Assembly (NCBI GenBank): GCA_964565195.1
Contig: CAZMCQ010000004.1
Coordinates: forward strand, 64,133 to 128,132
Direction of reading: 5' to 3'
From: an uncultured Candidatus Saccharibacteria bacterium
GTDB lineage: Bacteria; Patescibacteriota; Doudnabacteria; UBA920; 2-01-FULL-46-14
Length of the DNA: 64,000 nucleotides
The number at the start of each line of letters is the position of its first letter. Position 1 is the stretch's first letter. The position numbers and the translations under genes are program-made. Shown piece by piece: positions 1 through 9,636 of this stretch. The notes below the pieces were generated by a model, which did not search any database, was not told the origin of the DNA, and saw only the letters and a list, made by a program, of their open reading frames with translations.

Positions 1-812
1 GGACACTGAAAAACATCGGCTTCGACCAGGCGTCGTTCTATATGCTCTGCCCGCTGCCGGGATCGCAGGATCACATGCAGATGCAGGCGGCGAAAAAGTG
101 GATGGATCCCGATTTCAACCGGTACGACTCGTTTCAGCCGGCCATGCGCCATCCGCTCATGAGTGCGCAGCAGTGGCAGGAGGCCTACGACAACGCCTGG
201 CGGGAATTCTACACCACGGAGCATCTGGTCTCGGTGCTCTCCCGGGTCAACCCCGGCAACTACTGGGGTGCGATGCGCACCTTTTTGTGGTACCGATGGT
301 CAGCGCTCCGCGAGGGGGTGCACCCGATGCTTGGAGGATTCTACCGACGCCGCTGCCGGCAAGACCGTCGTCCGGGTTTGGAAAAAGAGTCTCGACTGGA
401 ATTTTGGACCAGTGAGCTGCATCGCCACATCCGGTACGTCATTTCTCTTGCGCGCGAGTATTATTTTTTCCAGGATGTCTATTTCCAAACGAGGTGGATG
501 CCGACGATTCGCAAACGCACGGCGCATGTTGCTGACGTGCACCGGCGGCTGCGCATCGCGCGCTTCGTGATGAGGGTCCGTGTCCGGACCTACTCGGCGA
601 GCATTCAGCGATCCACGTGGTTTGGCCGAACGTTTGGGAGAGCAGCACACCGGAACTGGCTCGATTCCTTCTGGAGAGAATACGCGCGGCTCAAGTGGCG
701 CCTCGTCCTGCCTCACAAGTTCCACTGGCATGCGAGGATGCTTAGTTGCGTGCTCGCGGAATGTTGCTACTGGGTGCGGTTTAACGCCGCGCTGTTCCGA
801 GCAAAACTCTAG
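1..812 (+). CDS. 3' part of a gene whose start lies before the window. Hypothetical, possibly the C-terminal region of a B12-binding/radical-SAM-type protein.
   Basis: Open frame runs from position 3 to TAG at 810-812. Contains ...GFDQASFYMLCPLPGSQDH... A rho-independent terminator follows at 834-868. Confidence 0.45.
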   Translation, partial: TLKNIGFDQASFYMLCPLPGSQDHMQMQAAKKWMDPDFNRYDSFQPAMRHPLMSAQQWQEAYDNAWREFYTTEHLVSVLSRVNPGNYWGAMRTFLWYRWSALREGVHPMLGGFYRRRCRQDRRPGLEKESRLEFWTSELHRHIRYVISLAREYYFFQDVYFQTRWMPTIRKRTAHVADVHRRLRIARFVMRVRVRTYSASIQRSTWFGRTFGRAAHRNWLDSFWREYARLKWRLVLPHKFHWHARMLSCVLAECCYWVRFNAALFRAKL

Positions 813-833
813 GCAGTTAGCTTCCAACGCGGG

Positions 834-868
834 GTCGTACAAAGCTTACCTTGTACGACCCTTTTTTA
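834..868 (+). terminator. rho-independent terminator
   Basis: Stem GTCGTACAA / TTGTACGAC followed by TTTTTT. Confidence 0.7.
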
Positions 869-884
869 TGATCAGCGCAAGGAT

Positions 885-913
885 TTGACTAGCACCCGCG
901 AGTTTGCTATCAT
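885..913 (+). promoter_or_regulatory. sigma70-like promoter of the str operon (TTGACT-17nt-TATCAT)
   Basis: -35 TTGACT at 885-890, a 17-nt spacer, and -10 TATCAT at 908-913, upstream of rpsL. Confidence 0.55.
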
Positions 914-1030
914 GTTTTCACACCCACCTACGCTAAAGCTACGGCGGGCAGCAGTACGAGGCTTCGACGTTTGAAACACAGTCAGACGGCGATAATACCG
1001 CGTATTTTTTATTGAAATCATTCATCTAAG

Positions 1031-1447
1031 TTGCCAACAATCAATCAATTGGTCCGCAAGGGCCGCCATAGTCTCAAACGCAAGTCGAAGTCACCCACGC
1101 TTCAGACGGCTTTTAATTTGATCAAAAATCAGCCCGTGGACCTGCCGAAAGGTTCGCCGTTTAAGCGCGGCGTCTGTATCAAGGTGACCACGACCACGCC
1201 GAAGAAACCGAATTCCGCGCTCCGCAAGATCGCCCGCGTTAGATTAACCAACGGCCAGGAAGTGACGGCCTATATCCCGGGCGTGGGGCATAATCTGCAG
1301 GAGCACTCGGTGGTTTTGATCCGCGGCGGCCGCGTTAAGGACCTGCCGGGCGTGCGCTATCATATTGTGCGCGGCAAACTCGATGCCGCCGGCGTGGAGG
1401 CGCGCAAGCGCGGCCGCAGCAAATATGGAGCGAAACGGCCGAAATAA
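1031..1447 (+). CDS. rpsL: 30S ribosomal protein S12
   Basis: [12 protein letters not shown]... with the conserved S12 sequence. TTG start. Confidence 0.95.
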   Translation: MPTINQLVRKGRHSLKRKSKSPTLQTAFNLIKNQPVDLPKGSPFKRGVCIKVTTTTPKKPNSALRKIARVRLTNGQEVTAYIPGVGHNLQEHSVVLIRGGRVKDLPGVRYHIVRGKLDAAGVEARKRGRSKYGAKRPK

Positions 1448-1547
1448 AGTGGAAAAAATTTCTATAAATTTCGCGAAGCAAATTTCAGTTATTTCCTGAA
1501 ATAAATAGAAATTCATTGAAACTGGTAGAAACTTATTGTTATAAATC

Positions 1548-2033
1548 ATGCCAAGGAAGTCAAGATTATATAAACGTCATAAGATCGCTCCTGACCCGCG
1601 CTACAACAACGCCAAAGTAGCGAAGTTTATCAACCACATTATGGAGCGCGGCAAAAAGACGGTCGCACAAAGAATCGTTTACAGCGCTTTTGATTACATC
1701 AAAGAGCAGCTCAAAACCGAGCCGCGCCAGATTTTTGATGCGGCCCTCAAAAACGCGAGCCCCATTCTGGAAGTGAAAAGCCGCCGCATCGGCGGCGCCA
1801 ACTACCAGGTGCCGCTGGAGGTTGTCGAGCCGCGCAAAACCACGCTTGGCATGCGCTGGCTGATTGGCGCCGCGAGGAGCAAAAAAGGCAAAGCGATGCA
1901 TTTGAAACTGGCCGAAGAGATCATGGCTGCTGCGAAAAACGAGGGTGGGGCGATTAAAAAGAAAGAAGATACCCATCGCATGGCCGAGGCCAATCGCGCC
2001 TTTGCCCATTTCGCGCGGTTCTCAAGAAGGTAG
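1548..2033 (+). CDS. rpsG: 30S ribosomal protein S7
   Basis: [21 protein letters not shown]... with the S7 signature and ...ANRAFAHF end. Stop TAG at 2031-2033. Confidence 0.95.
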   Translation: MPRKSRLYKRHKIAPDPRYNNAKVAKFINHIMERGKKTVAQRIVYSAFDYIKEQLKTEPRQIFDAALKNASPILEVKSRRIGGANYQVPLEVVEPRKTTLGMRWLIGAARSKKGKAMHLKLAEEIMAAAKNEGGAIKKKEDTHRMAEANRAFAHFARFSRR

Positions 2034-2066
2034 TACGAACTACGAACAATTACGAATCTACGAACA
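2034..2066 (+). repeat. TACGAAC tandem repeat element, copy 1 (GTACGAAC-TACGAAC-AAT-TACGAATCTACGAAC)
   Basis: Fills the rpsG stop to fusA ATG spacer exactly. Contains the 10-mer TACGAATCTA shared with 13374-13383 and 54623-54632, and inverted at 54688-54697. Confidence 0.7.
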
Positions 2067-2067
2067 G

Positions 2068-4182
2068 ATGACAAGAGAAATTCCTATCGAACAGACGAGA
2101 AACATCGGGATTATTGCCCACATTGACGCCGGCAAAACTACTGTGACGGAAGGTATTTTGTATAACACTGGTTTGAAGCACACGATTGGCCTGGTGCACG
2201 AGGGCGAGACGACCACGGATTGGATGGAGCAGGAGCGGGAGCGCGGCATCACCATTACGGCCGCGGCCGTAACCTGCTACTGGAACCCTTCGGCGGGCTC
2301 GGGGCAGAAGCACAAGATCAATATCATTGATACGCCCGGCCACGTGGACTTCACAGTCGAGGTCGAGCGCTCCCTGCGCGTGCTCGACGGCGCGGTCGTG
2401 GTTTTCGACGGCAAGATGGGGGTGGAGCCGCAGAGCGAGACAGTCTGGCGGCAGGCCGACAAATACCACGTGCCGCGCTTGTGCTTCATCAACAAGATCA
2501 ACCAGACGGGCGGCGATTTTTATAAAAGCCTGGACTCCATTCACCGCCGGCTTTCAGTCGATGCCTTCCCCATTCAACTGCCGATCGGTTTTGAAAAAGA
2601 TGTCTCGGGCTTTGCGGATCTCGTGCAGATGAAGGCCTATACTTACAAAGATTATACCGATAGAGATTTCACGGTCGGCGAGATTCCAGCTGACCTGAAA
2701 TCTCGCGCCGAAGAGTATCGCCGCAAGCTTTTGGAAAAAGTCGTGGAGAGCGATGACGCTATTTTGGAGAAATATTTGGCTGGTCAGGAGATCTCGGAAG
2801 CGGAATTTCTCACAGCCATCCGCAAGTCGGTGATGGGCGGGAAGTTCTTCCCGGTGCTCGGCGGCGATGGGCGCGGCGTGATCGTGCAGAGTATTCTCGA
2901 CGCCGTCGCCAACTTTTTGCCATCCCCGCTCGATCGCGGCGCGGTGAAAGGCAGCGAGCCGAAAACCGGCGCTGAAATCGAGCGCAAACCCGATGACGGC
3001 GAGCCGTTCTCGGCCCTCGCCTTCAAGATCGCCACTGACCCGTTTGTCGGCAAACTGGCGTTTTTCCGTGTTTATTCTGGCACACTCGCCGCCGGCTCTT
3101 ATGTCTTAAATACCCGCAGCGGCAACAAAGAGCGCGTCGGCCGCATCGTGCGTATGCATGCCAATGACCGCCAGGAAGTGAAGGAGGTCTTTGCCGGCGA
3201 CATTGCCGCGCTGGTTGGTCCGAAGGATACATTTACTGGTGATACGCTTTGCGACGTGGACAAGCCCATAATTTTGGAAACCATTATCTTCCCGGAGCCG
3301 GTCATCTCCCAGGCCATTGAGCCCCGGACCAAGGCCGACCAGGAGAAGATGGGGCTAGCACTTCAGAAACTCGGCGAGGAAGACCCGACGTTCCATATCA
3401 AAACCGACGAGGAGACGGCGCAGACCATCATCTCGGGCATGGGTGAGCTGCACCTGGAGATCATCGTGGACCGCATGAAGCGCGAGTTCAAGGTCGAGGC
3501 CAATGTCGGTGCGCCGCAGGTGGCTTACAAAGAGACGTTCAAAAAGACCGTGGAAGTGGAAGGCAAATACATCCGTCAGACCGGCGGCCGCGGCCAGTAC
3601 GGCCACGTCTGGCTGCGCCTCGAGCCGCAGGAGCGAGGGCGCGGCCGCGAGTTTTTGGATGAGATCGTGGGCGGTATCATCCCGCGCGAATACATTCCGG
3701 CCATTCAAAAGGGTATAATGGAAGCGGCGGACAATGGCGTCATTGCCGGCTTTCCGGTCGTGGATTTCAAAGCCGCCGCCTATGACGGCAGCTACCATGA
3801 GGTGGACTCATCCGAGATCGCCTTCAAGATCGCGGCCAGCAAAGCGTTCCAGGAAGGCATGCGCCGCGCCGCGCCGGTCATCCTCGAGCCGATCATGAAA
3901 ATCGAGGTCAACGTGCCCGAGGAATTTATGGGCGATGTCATCGGCGATATTTCCGCCAAGCGCGGCCAGGTGAGGGAGATGCATGAGCGCGGCCGCGCCA
4001 AGGTGATTGACGCCGAGGTGCCGCTGGGCGAGATGTTCGGCTACGCCACGACGATCCGCTCGATGTCCCAGGGCCAGGCCTCCTACACTATGGAATTCTC
4101 GCACTACGCCGAGGTGCCGAAAAGCATTGCCGAGAAGATCATCGGCGAGGGGCAGAAAATCAGAGTCGGGCAGAATAGATAG
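2068..4182 (+). CDS. fusA: elongation factor G
   Basis: [25 protein letters not shown]... with the G-domain motifs [17 protein letters not shown] and NKID. Confidence 0.95.
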   Translation: MTREIPIEQTRNIGIIAHIDAGKTTVTEGILYNTGLKHTIGLVHEGETTTDWMEQERERGITITAAAVTCYWNPSAGSGQKHKINIIDTPGHVDFTVEVERSLRVLDGAVVVFDGKMGVEPQSETVWRQADKYHVPRLCFINKINQTGGDFYKSLDSIHRRLSVDAFPIQLPIGFEKDVSGFADLVQMKAYTYKDYTDRDFTVGEIPADLKSRAEEYRRKLLEKVVESDDAILEKYLAGQEISEAEFLTAIRKSVMGGKFFPVLGGDGRGVIVQSILDAVANFLPSPLDRGAVKGSEPKTGAEIERKPDDGEPFSALAFKIATDPFVGKLAFFRVYSGTLAAGSYVLNTRSGNKERVGRIVRMHANDRQEVKEVFAGDIAALVGPKDTFTGDTLCDVDKPIILETIIFPEPVISQAIEPRTKADQEKMGLALQKLGEEDPTFHIKTDEETAQTIISGMGELHLEIIVDRMKREFKVEANVGAPQVAYKETFKKTVEVEGKYIRQTGGRGQYGHVWLRLEPQERGRGREFLDEIVGGIIPREYIPAIQKGIMEAADNGVIAGFPVVDFKAAAYDGSYHEVDSSEIAFKIAASKAFQEGMRRAAPVILEPIMKIEVNVPEEFMGDVIGDISAKRGQVREMHERGRAKVIDAEVPLGEMFGYATTIRSMSQGQASYTMEFSHYAEVPKSIAEKIIGEGQKIRVGQNR

Positions 4183-4203
4183 CTTATAGGAGATAGCTTA
4201 TAG
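4179..4203 (+). promoter_or_regulatory. two 11-bp direct repeats (ATAGCTTATAG x2) overlapping the RBS and start of the YefM-like gene. Operator-like.
   Basis: ATAGCTTATAG-gag-ATAGCTTATAG-ATG. Includes the SD sequence AGGAG. Confidence 0.4.
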
Positions 4204-4485
4204 ATGAATCAAAACGAGTATCAAAATTTACTAGCGCTTCTAAAAATAACCGGCGGGAAGTATATCCTCGTCGAAGACGGGCAACCCAAGGCGGTTTTGA
4301 TGAGCTATGAGGAATTTTCTGACCTCGCCGTCCCGCGCATTGCCGGCGAGCTCGCGAACCGCGTGGAACAGATTAACCAGGAGATCACGCACGCCCAAGT
4401 TTTGGATCTGCGCGAGGAGGTGATCGCCGAGCCGGATTTACCCGTAGCCGCAGAAATCACCGTGGAGCCGCTTGACCTGCTCTAG
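4204..4485 (+). CDS. small Phd/YefM-like (antitoxin-fold) protein. Orphan, with no partner toxin seen.
   Basis: ...KYILVEDGQPKAVLMSYEEFSDL... resembles the YefM/Phd N-terminal fold. Inserted between fusA and tuf. Confidence 0.4.
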   Translation: MNQNEYQNLLALLKITGGKYILVEDGQPKAVLMSYEEFSDLAVPRIAGELANRVEQINQEITHAQVLDLREEVIAEPDLPVAAEITVEPLDLL

Positions 4486-4546
4486 AGAATCTGTTATATT
4501 ATTTTCACGCCAATTTTTATTAACCAATTAATCCAAAGGAAAAACT

Positions 4547-5731
4547 ATGGCAGTAGGCAAGTTTGAACGCACCAAGCCGCACATCAACGTCGGCACGATC
4601 GGTCACGTGGACCACGGCAAAACGACTTTGACGGCAGCGATTACGCACTTTTTGGCCGGCAAAGGGCTCGCCAAGGAGCGCTCCTATGATTCGATTGACA
4701 ACGCGCCGGAAGAGAAAGAGCGCGGGATCACGATCAACACCTCGCACGTGGAGTACGAAACCGACAAGCGCCACTACGCGCACGTGGACGCGCCGGGACA
4801 CGCGGATTATATCAAAAACATGATCACCGGCGCCGCCCAGATGGATGGCGCAATTCTTGTGGTTTCCGCGGCCGACGGCCCGATGCCGCAGACCCGCGAG
4901 CACATTCTGCTCGCGCGGCAGGTGGGCGTGCCGCACCTCATCGTCTTTTTGAACAAAGTGGACATGGTGGATGACAAGGAGCTCGTTGACCTTGTCGAAG
5001 AGGAGGTCCGCGAACTTTTGAATAAATACGAATACCCGGGCAAAGACATTCCGGTGATCCGCGGCTCGGCTTTGAAAGCCATGGAAAACGACGTGGAAGC
5101 GCTCAAGGGGATTGAAGAGCTGGTGAACAAAATGGATGAGTACTTCCCGGAGCCGGTGCGCGACGTGGACAAGCCGTTCCTGATGCCGATTGAGGACATC
5201 TTCTCGATTGAAGGCCGCGGCACGGTCGTGACCGGCCGCATCGAGCGCGGGATGATCAAAGTCAACGACGAAGTGGAAATTGTCGGCCTCAAGGCAACGG
5301 CCAAAACCGTTGTCACCGGCATCGAGATGTTCAACAAATCGCTTGACGAGGGTCGCGCTGGCGATAATGCCGGCGTGCTCCTGCGCGGCACCAAAAAAGA
5401 AGAAGTGGAGCGCGGCCAGGTTTTGGCCAAACCCGGTTCCATCACGCCGCATGCCGAGTTTGAGGCGGAAGTTTATGTCCTGACCAAAGAGGAAGGTGGC
5501 CGCCACACGGCGTTCTTCACCGGCTACAAACCGCAGTTCTATATCCGTACGACTGACGTGACCGGCGAGGTGACCCTTGCGGCCGGCAAAGAAATGGTGA
5601 TGCCTGGCGACACTGTTTCGGTGACCATCAAACTCATCGCGCCCGTGGCGCTCGAAGAGAAGCAGCGCTTTGCCATCCGCGAGGGCGGCCACACGGTCGG
5701 CGCCGGCGCGGTGACGAAAATCCTCAAATAA
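4547..5731 (+). CDS. tuf: elongation factor Tu
   Basis: [33 protein letters not shown]... with the canonical sequence. Confidence 0.97.
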   Translation: MAVGKFERTKPHINVGTIGHVDHGKTTLTAAITHFLAGKGLAKERSYDSIDNAPEEKERGITINTSHVEYETDKRHYAHVDAPGHADYIKNMITGAAQMDGAILVVSAADGPMPQTREHILLARQVGVPHLIVFLNKVDMVDDKELVDLVEEEVRELLNKYEYPGKDIPVIRGSALKAMENDVEALKGIEELVNKMDEYFPEPVRDVDKPFLMPIEDIFSIEGRGTVVTGRIERGMIKVNDEVEIVGLKATAKTVVTGIEMFNKSLDEGRAGDNAGVLLRGTKKEEVERGQVLAKPGSITPHAEFEAEVYVLTKEEGGRHTAFFTGYKPQFYIRTTDVTGEVTLAAGKEMVMPGDTVSVTIKLIAPVALEEKQRFAIREGGHTVGAGAVTKILK

Positions 5732-5735
5732 TCGA

Positions 5736-6065
5736 ATGGCCAAAGCAGCGACAGAAGCGCCCTCAACCCGAATCAGGATAAAGATCCGCGCCTATGACCA
5801 CAAACTTATAGACCAAAGCGCGAAGCAAATCGTGGACACCGCCAAGCGCTCGGGCGCGACCATCGCGGGTCCCGTGCCGCTGCCGACCGAGAAGACGAAA
5901 TACACGGTCAATAAATCCACCTTCGTCCACAAGGATTCCCGCGACCAGTTCGAGATGCGCATCCACAAACGGCTCATTGACCTCTCTAACCCTACCCAAA
6001 AAACCATCGATGCCCTGACGAACCTGAATTTACCTGCCGGCGTGGACGTGGAAATTAAGATGTAA
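5736..6065 (+). CDS. rpsJ: 30S ribosomal protein S10
   Basis: ...[30 protein letters not shown]... with the S10 signature. Confidence 0.93.
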   Translation: MAKAATEAPSTRIRIKIRAYDHKLIDQSAKQIVDTAKRSGATIAGPVPLPTEKTKYTVNKSTFVHKDSRDQFEMRIHKRLIDLSNPTQKTIDALTNLNLPAGVDVEIKM

Positions 6066-6070
6066 TAAAT

Positions 6071-6094
6071 AAACCGCCCGCAAGGGCGGTTTTA
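6071..6094 (+). terminator. rho-independent terminator after rpsJ
   Basis: ACCGCCC-gcaa-GGGCGGT followed by TTTT. Confidence 0.75.
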
Positions 6095-6226
6095 AGTTAT
6101 CCACGGCATTAAAACCGCTAGAGCATTTGACTGATAATCATTCGCGCGAATCGGTACATAGCCAGTTTTTGAGCAAAAAATCGAGCGCCGCTGTAAAAGT
6201 CGGCGCTCATTACGGTTTGAGGGTTT

Positions 6227-6255
6227 TTCATCAATTGTCTTCGTTTTGCTATAAT
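6227..6255 (+). promoter_or_regulatory. extended -10 promoter (TGcTATAAT) for the protease cassette
   Basis: TGCTATAAT at 6247-6255 with a weak -35 TTCATC at 17-nt spacing. GGAGG at 6268-6272 lies 5 nt before the ATG at 6278. Confidence 0.5.
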
Positions 6256-6277
6256 ACGAAAAACGACGGAGGTAATT

Positions 6278-6832
6278 ATGAGATATGTTGTCGGTTATGA
6301 CCGGGATTTTGCCACGCAATATTTCAGACGGAGCGTCCTACCCTTGCTCGCGCTGCCGCCATTTAAGGTTATCGCCGATGTGGAGCTGAACTACTTGGCG
6401 AGCAGGTTTGGCGAAGATGTCTGCGTTCCTTTGTATAATGAACTTGCACGCCCCCCGGAGCGGCACGCCATTGAGCTTTTGTTGGATATTAGAAAAGTGA
6501 GAGCGGACCGGCGGCTTAGTCAGATGGCTGAAGGGGCTGCCAACGGACTCCTTTTTTATCAGGGTTTGCCAGCGCGTGGTGGTTTGCGGAAACTTCGTCG
6601 GCTCGACATGAACCGTCGGCAAGTCGCAGTCCTTATCAAGAAACTATACAATCGCGCGGCATTGGCCAAATTTCGTACGAGTGACGAAAAAGGACTTTTC
6701 CACAGACTCAGCGAGCATATCCCCGAGTGGCTCGACCTCTTGTCGCTCATCCCGGGCAACGATTTTGTGGAGGTCCACGAGAGCTCCACGTCGCTACTGT
6801 TCGGGGTATCGCCCTCCACAAAAATCAACTAG
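6278..6832 (+). CDS. hypothetical protein (184 aa), first gene of the cassette inserted into the S10 operon
   Basis: Good SD (GGAGG) and promoter. No recognisable motif. A terminator follows. Confidence 0.55.
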   Translation: MRYVVGYDRDFATQYFRRSVLPLLALPPFKVIADVELNYLASRFGEDVCVPLYNELARPPERHAIELLLDIRKVRADRRLSQMAEGAANGLLFYQGLPARGGLRKLRRLDMNRRQVAVLIKKLYNRAALAKFRTSDEKGLFHRLSEHIPEWLDLLSLIPGNDFVEVHESSTSLLFGVSPSTKIN

Positions 6833-6837
6833 CTTTT

Positions 6838-6890
6838 GACCTTGGACTTTTCGCGCTTTCGGGCGCGGGGAGTCCAGGGTCTCTTTTTTT
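6838..6890 (+). terminator. rho-independent terminator (long GC hairpin + T9)
   Basis: GACCTTGGACT...CGCGC-tttcg-GCGCG...AGTCCAGGGTC followed by TCTTTTTTT. Confidence 0.7.
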
Positions 6891-6915
6891 CAAAAAAGTG
6901 GTAAAATTGATTTAT

Positions 6916-7290
6916 ATGATTATGGACAGACAGGAGTTTGAAAAATTGGTGGGGGAGGCGATTGAGGGGTTGCCGGAGCAGATTCGCGAGAAGATGGACA
7001 ATGTGGCGGTGGTGATTGAGGATTATCCAAAATCCAAACAGGGCGCTCTGCTCGGGCTTTATGAAGGCGTACCTCGGACGAAGCGGGGGCCGGGCTATAC
7101 TCTGGTTTTGCCGGACAAAATTACCATTTTCCAGAAATCCATCGAACAAATCGCCGCTACGCCCGAAGCGATCAGACAACAAGTGCGGCAAACCGTCTGG
7201 CACGAGATCGCGCACCACTTTGGGTTCAGCGAGGAAGGCGTGCAGGATCTCGCCAGGCGAAGGAAGGGCATTTCCCGGGACCGGACTTGA
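6916..7290 (+). CDS. small zincin-like metallopeptidase (HExxH)
   Basis: MDRQEFEKLVGEAIEGLPEQIREKMDNVAVVIEDYP...TVWHEIAHHFGFSEEG, giving a C-terminal HEIAHH motif. The N-terminus is uncertain (ATG at 6916 or 6922). Confidence 0.6.
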   Translation: MIMDRQEFEKLVGEAIEGLPEQIREKMDNVAVVIEDYPKSKQGALLGLYEGVPRTKRGPGYTLVLPDKITIFQKSIEQIAATPEAIRQQVRQTVWHEIAHHFGFSEEGVQDLARRRKGISRDRT

Positions 7291-7350
7291 CATTTTCGCG
7301 CCGCTGCGAGAAAATAGTATTGTAAATAATCATTAAACAAGGAACAAACC

Positions 7351-8118
7351 ATGAAACTTTCCCGAATTTTTGGCATTGCCGCCGTGATGACCCTGCTCGT
7401 CGGCGGTGTGCCGGTGTCTGCCGCTCACTCCTGGGGCAATTATCATTGGGCGCGGACAGCCAATCCCTTCACGCTGAAGCTTGGCGATAATGTTTCTTCT
7501 GCCTGGGATGACCAGTTGGGAGTCGCGTCGGCGGATTGGAGCTTGTCTTCGGTTTTGGATACGCAACTCACCGCCGGGGCAACTAATCCCAAAAACTGCC
7601 GACCGGCGAGCGGACGGGTAGAAGTCTGCAACAGCAAGTACGGCAAAAACGGCTGGCTTGGCGTGGCTTCCATCTGGATTTCCGGCAGCCACATTACCCA
7701 AGGCACGGTGAAGCTTAACGACACCTATTTTAACACGGCCCAATATAACACGCCGGCGTGGAGACAGTTTGTGATGTGTCAGGAGGTTGGCCATACCTTT
7801 GGCCTGGATCATCAGGATGAGAATTTTACCAATGCCAATCTCGGCAGCTGTATGGATTATACTAATGATCCGTCAACCAACCAGCATCCCAACCAGCATG
7901 ACTATGATCAGTTGGAGATAATCTATGAACATTTGGATAGCACCACGACCATTGCCTCCGCCGACCTTTCCAGCCCGGGCAAAGGCAATGATGTCGGTGA
8001 TGATCCGGCAAGCTGGGGGAAAGTTATCAAGCGCTCGGGCGATGGCAAAAGTTCGCTGCATGAAAAAGACCTGGGCCGCGGGGGCAAGGTCTTCACCTTT
8101 GTCATCTGGGCAGAATAA
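7351..8118 (+). CDS. secreted metzincin-like metalloprotease (serralysin/astacin-like motif with a Met-turn)
   Basis: N-terminal signal peptide MKLSRIFGIAAVMTLLVGGVPVSAAHS. The motif QEVGHTFGLDH fits xExxHxxGxxH. The Met-turn-like SCMDY fits SxMxY. Confidence 0.55.
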   Translation: MKLSRIFGIAAVMTLLVGGVPVSAAHSWGNYHWARTANPFTLKLGDNVSSAWDDQLGVASADWSLSSVLDTQLTAGATNPKNCRPASGRVEVCNSKYGKNGWLGVASIWISGSHITQGTVKLNDTYFNTAQYNTPAWRQFVMCQEVGHTFGLDHQDENFTNANLGSCMDYTNDPSTNQHPNQHDYDQLEIIYEHLDSTTTIASADLSSPGKGNDVGDDPASWGKVIKRSGDGKSSLHEKDLGRGGKVFTFVIWAE

Positions 8119-8124
8119 ATCTCT

Positions 8125-8154
8125 AAAAAACCCTGCCAGAGAGCGGGGTTTTTT
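8125..8154 (+). terminator. rho-independent terminator
   Basis: AAAAAA-CCCTGC-cagaga-GCGGGG-TTTTTT. Confidence 0.7.
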
Positions 8155-8160
8155 CAAGGT

Positions 8161-9627
8161 ATGGACATAAAAAAACTTCTCTCGATAGGTATTGTTTTGA
8201 TTTTGGCCGCGGCGGCCTATATCTTTTTGCGACCGGCGAACAACCTCCCGGCGAACAACCTCCTTGGAAAAAACATCGCGATTTACGCCTATACTGTGGC
8301 AGGCAAATCCAATGGGGGAGCGAGCGTGGCCGTGCCCTTTACTATTGACGCTAAGGACAGCGGATTGCTAAATGCCGCGCTTGATTTCAATCACGATGGC
8401 AAAGTCGCGGCAGAAGAATGGGTGGTGCAAAATATCCGGCCGCGTGTCCAGAAAGACGGCCGCAACCTTTTGCATTTTACCCTGCCAGAGGGAATAGCCC
8501 TTGGCGATGACAAGATTGCGGTATTTGTTGCATTGGGGAAAGAGCCACTCACGAATTGGGACGGCACAAAAACAGGCGCGTCTTACCGGCAGACGCGAGC
8601 CAAAATTTCACCAGTCGAGCTGGGCGATGTTCTGGGCTTAAATGTTCCGGGCGCGGGGCCGGATGTGTATCGCGGCAGTAACGGATCGTTTTTGAAGGAA
8701 TTTGCGGGAATCTCCACGGCTCTGGCTGATCCGATTGATGTGCAGTCAGACCTCGAGATCCCGGATTACCCACAGGGCAATATGGAATGCGGCCCGACTT
8801 CGGCCGCGAACAATCTTACTGGACTCGCCGGCGCCAATGGCGCAGGTGATAGATTACCAACCAATCCGCGTGAGATAATTGATGAGCTGAAAACGGATAT
8901 GAATTTCAACAACGGCGTGATTGGGGCTGACAATTTTGTGAATGGCAAAAACGCGTTTACCAGCCGCCACCAGCTGCCGATCACCACGACGGTGATTGAG
9001 CGGCCCTCGGTTCAGGATATCGCGAGCGCCATTCAGAACGGCTGCGCGGTGGAGATGGACCTCGCGTTTGTGGAGGCGGTAAATGGGCGAGCGGGCCGGC
9101 ATGTGGCCAGCCACACGGTCACGGTGACCGGTGTTTACTCTGACGGCGCGGACAAGGCGATTTATGGTGCTGATTCGGCGACGCCTGACGGGGTGGAGAT
9201 CTGGCGCTTCTCTGACCGGGGCCCGAATTTGCAGCTTGGCTATCCTTTATGGGATGGCGCGACTGTGGTGATGCGCATCTTCGTGCAGTGCTGGACGCCG
9301 CCGGCACAACCAGACGAGTCGCGCACCGCGCCGCCGGAAGAACCGGAAGACCAGGCCGGAAGTGGCAAAGCAGTGGAGATGCTCGTGATCAACGGTGTGT
9401 ACTATCCCAAGTACCAATTTCGCGTGGCTAATCCGGATGCATGCGGACAGCCGCATTATCATGCTGCTACGGCTTATGGACTCTCGGGCCGCGATTCGCT
9501 GGAAGTGGTGAGCGCGCCTGATCCCAATCCCAGCGGCTGCGGCTTTGGCGCAGTCGCCGAGGTGCCGGTGGAGACGATTACCATTTCCCACGAACAATCC
9601 CTTGAGCTTGTCAAATACCTCTGGTAG
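8161..9627 (+). CDS. membrane-anchored 488-aa protein with a papain-like (peptidase C39-like) Cys/His domain
   Basis: N-terminal TM segment LLSIGIVLILAAAAYIFL. The segment QGNMECGPTSAANNL resembles the C39 Q....CG.AS catalytic Cys region. The later GRHVASHTVTVTGVY resembles the His block. Confidence 0.4.
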   Translation: MDIKKLLSIGIVLILAAAAYIFLRPANNLPANNLLGKNIAIYAYTVAGKSNGGASVAVPFTIDAKDSGLLNAALDFNHDGKVAAEEWVVQNIRPRVQKDGRNLLHFTLPEGIALGDDKIAVFVALGKEPLTNWDGTKTGASYRQTRAKISPVELGDVLGLNVPGAGPDVYRGSNGSFLKEFAGISTALADPIDVQSDLEIPDYPQGNMECGPTSAANNLTGLAGANGAGDRLPTNPREIIDELKTDMNFNNGVIGADNFVNGKNAFTSRHQLPITTTVIERPSVQDIASAIQNGCAVEMDLAFVEAVNGRAGRHVASHTVTVTGVYSDGADKAIYGADSATPDGVEIWRFSDRGPNLQLGYPLWDGATVVMRIFVQCWTPPAQPDESRTAPPEEPEDQAGSGKAVEMLVINGVYYPKYQFRVANPDACGQPHYHAATAYGLSGRDSLEVVSAPDPNPSGCGFGAVAEVPVETITISHEQSLELVKYLW

Positions 9628-9636
9628 AATACATCC

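Noticed and set aside
4520-5743. 407-aa minus-strand ORF antisense to tuf, and the many other long antisense ORFs inside fusA, secY, rplB etc.
   Set aside because: High-GC antisense frames of highly conserved genes. The sense-strand products are unambiguous and the antisense products match no recognisable family.
6092-6319. 75-aa minus-strand ORF plus a minus-oriented hairpin + U-run (6183-6208 GAGCGCCG...CGGCGCTC preceded by A6 on the plus strand)
   Set aside because: The hairpin would act as a terminator only for minus-strand transcription, yet no credible minus-strand gene lies upstream of it. The ORF has no RBS and overlaps the cassette promoter. It may be a relic of the insertion event. 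Kept as a note only.
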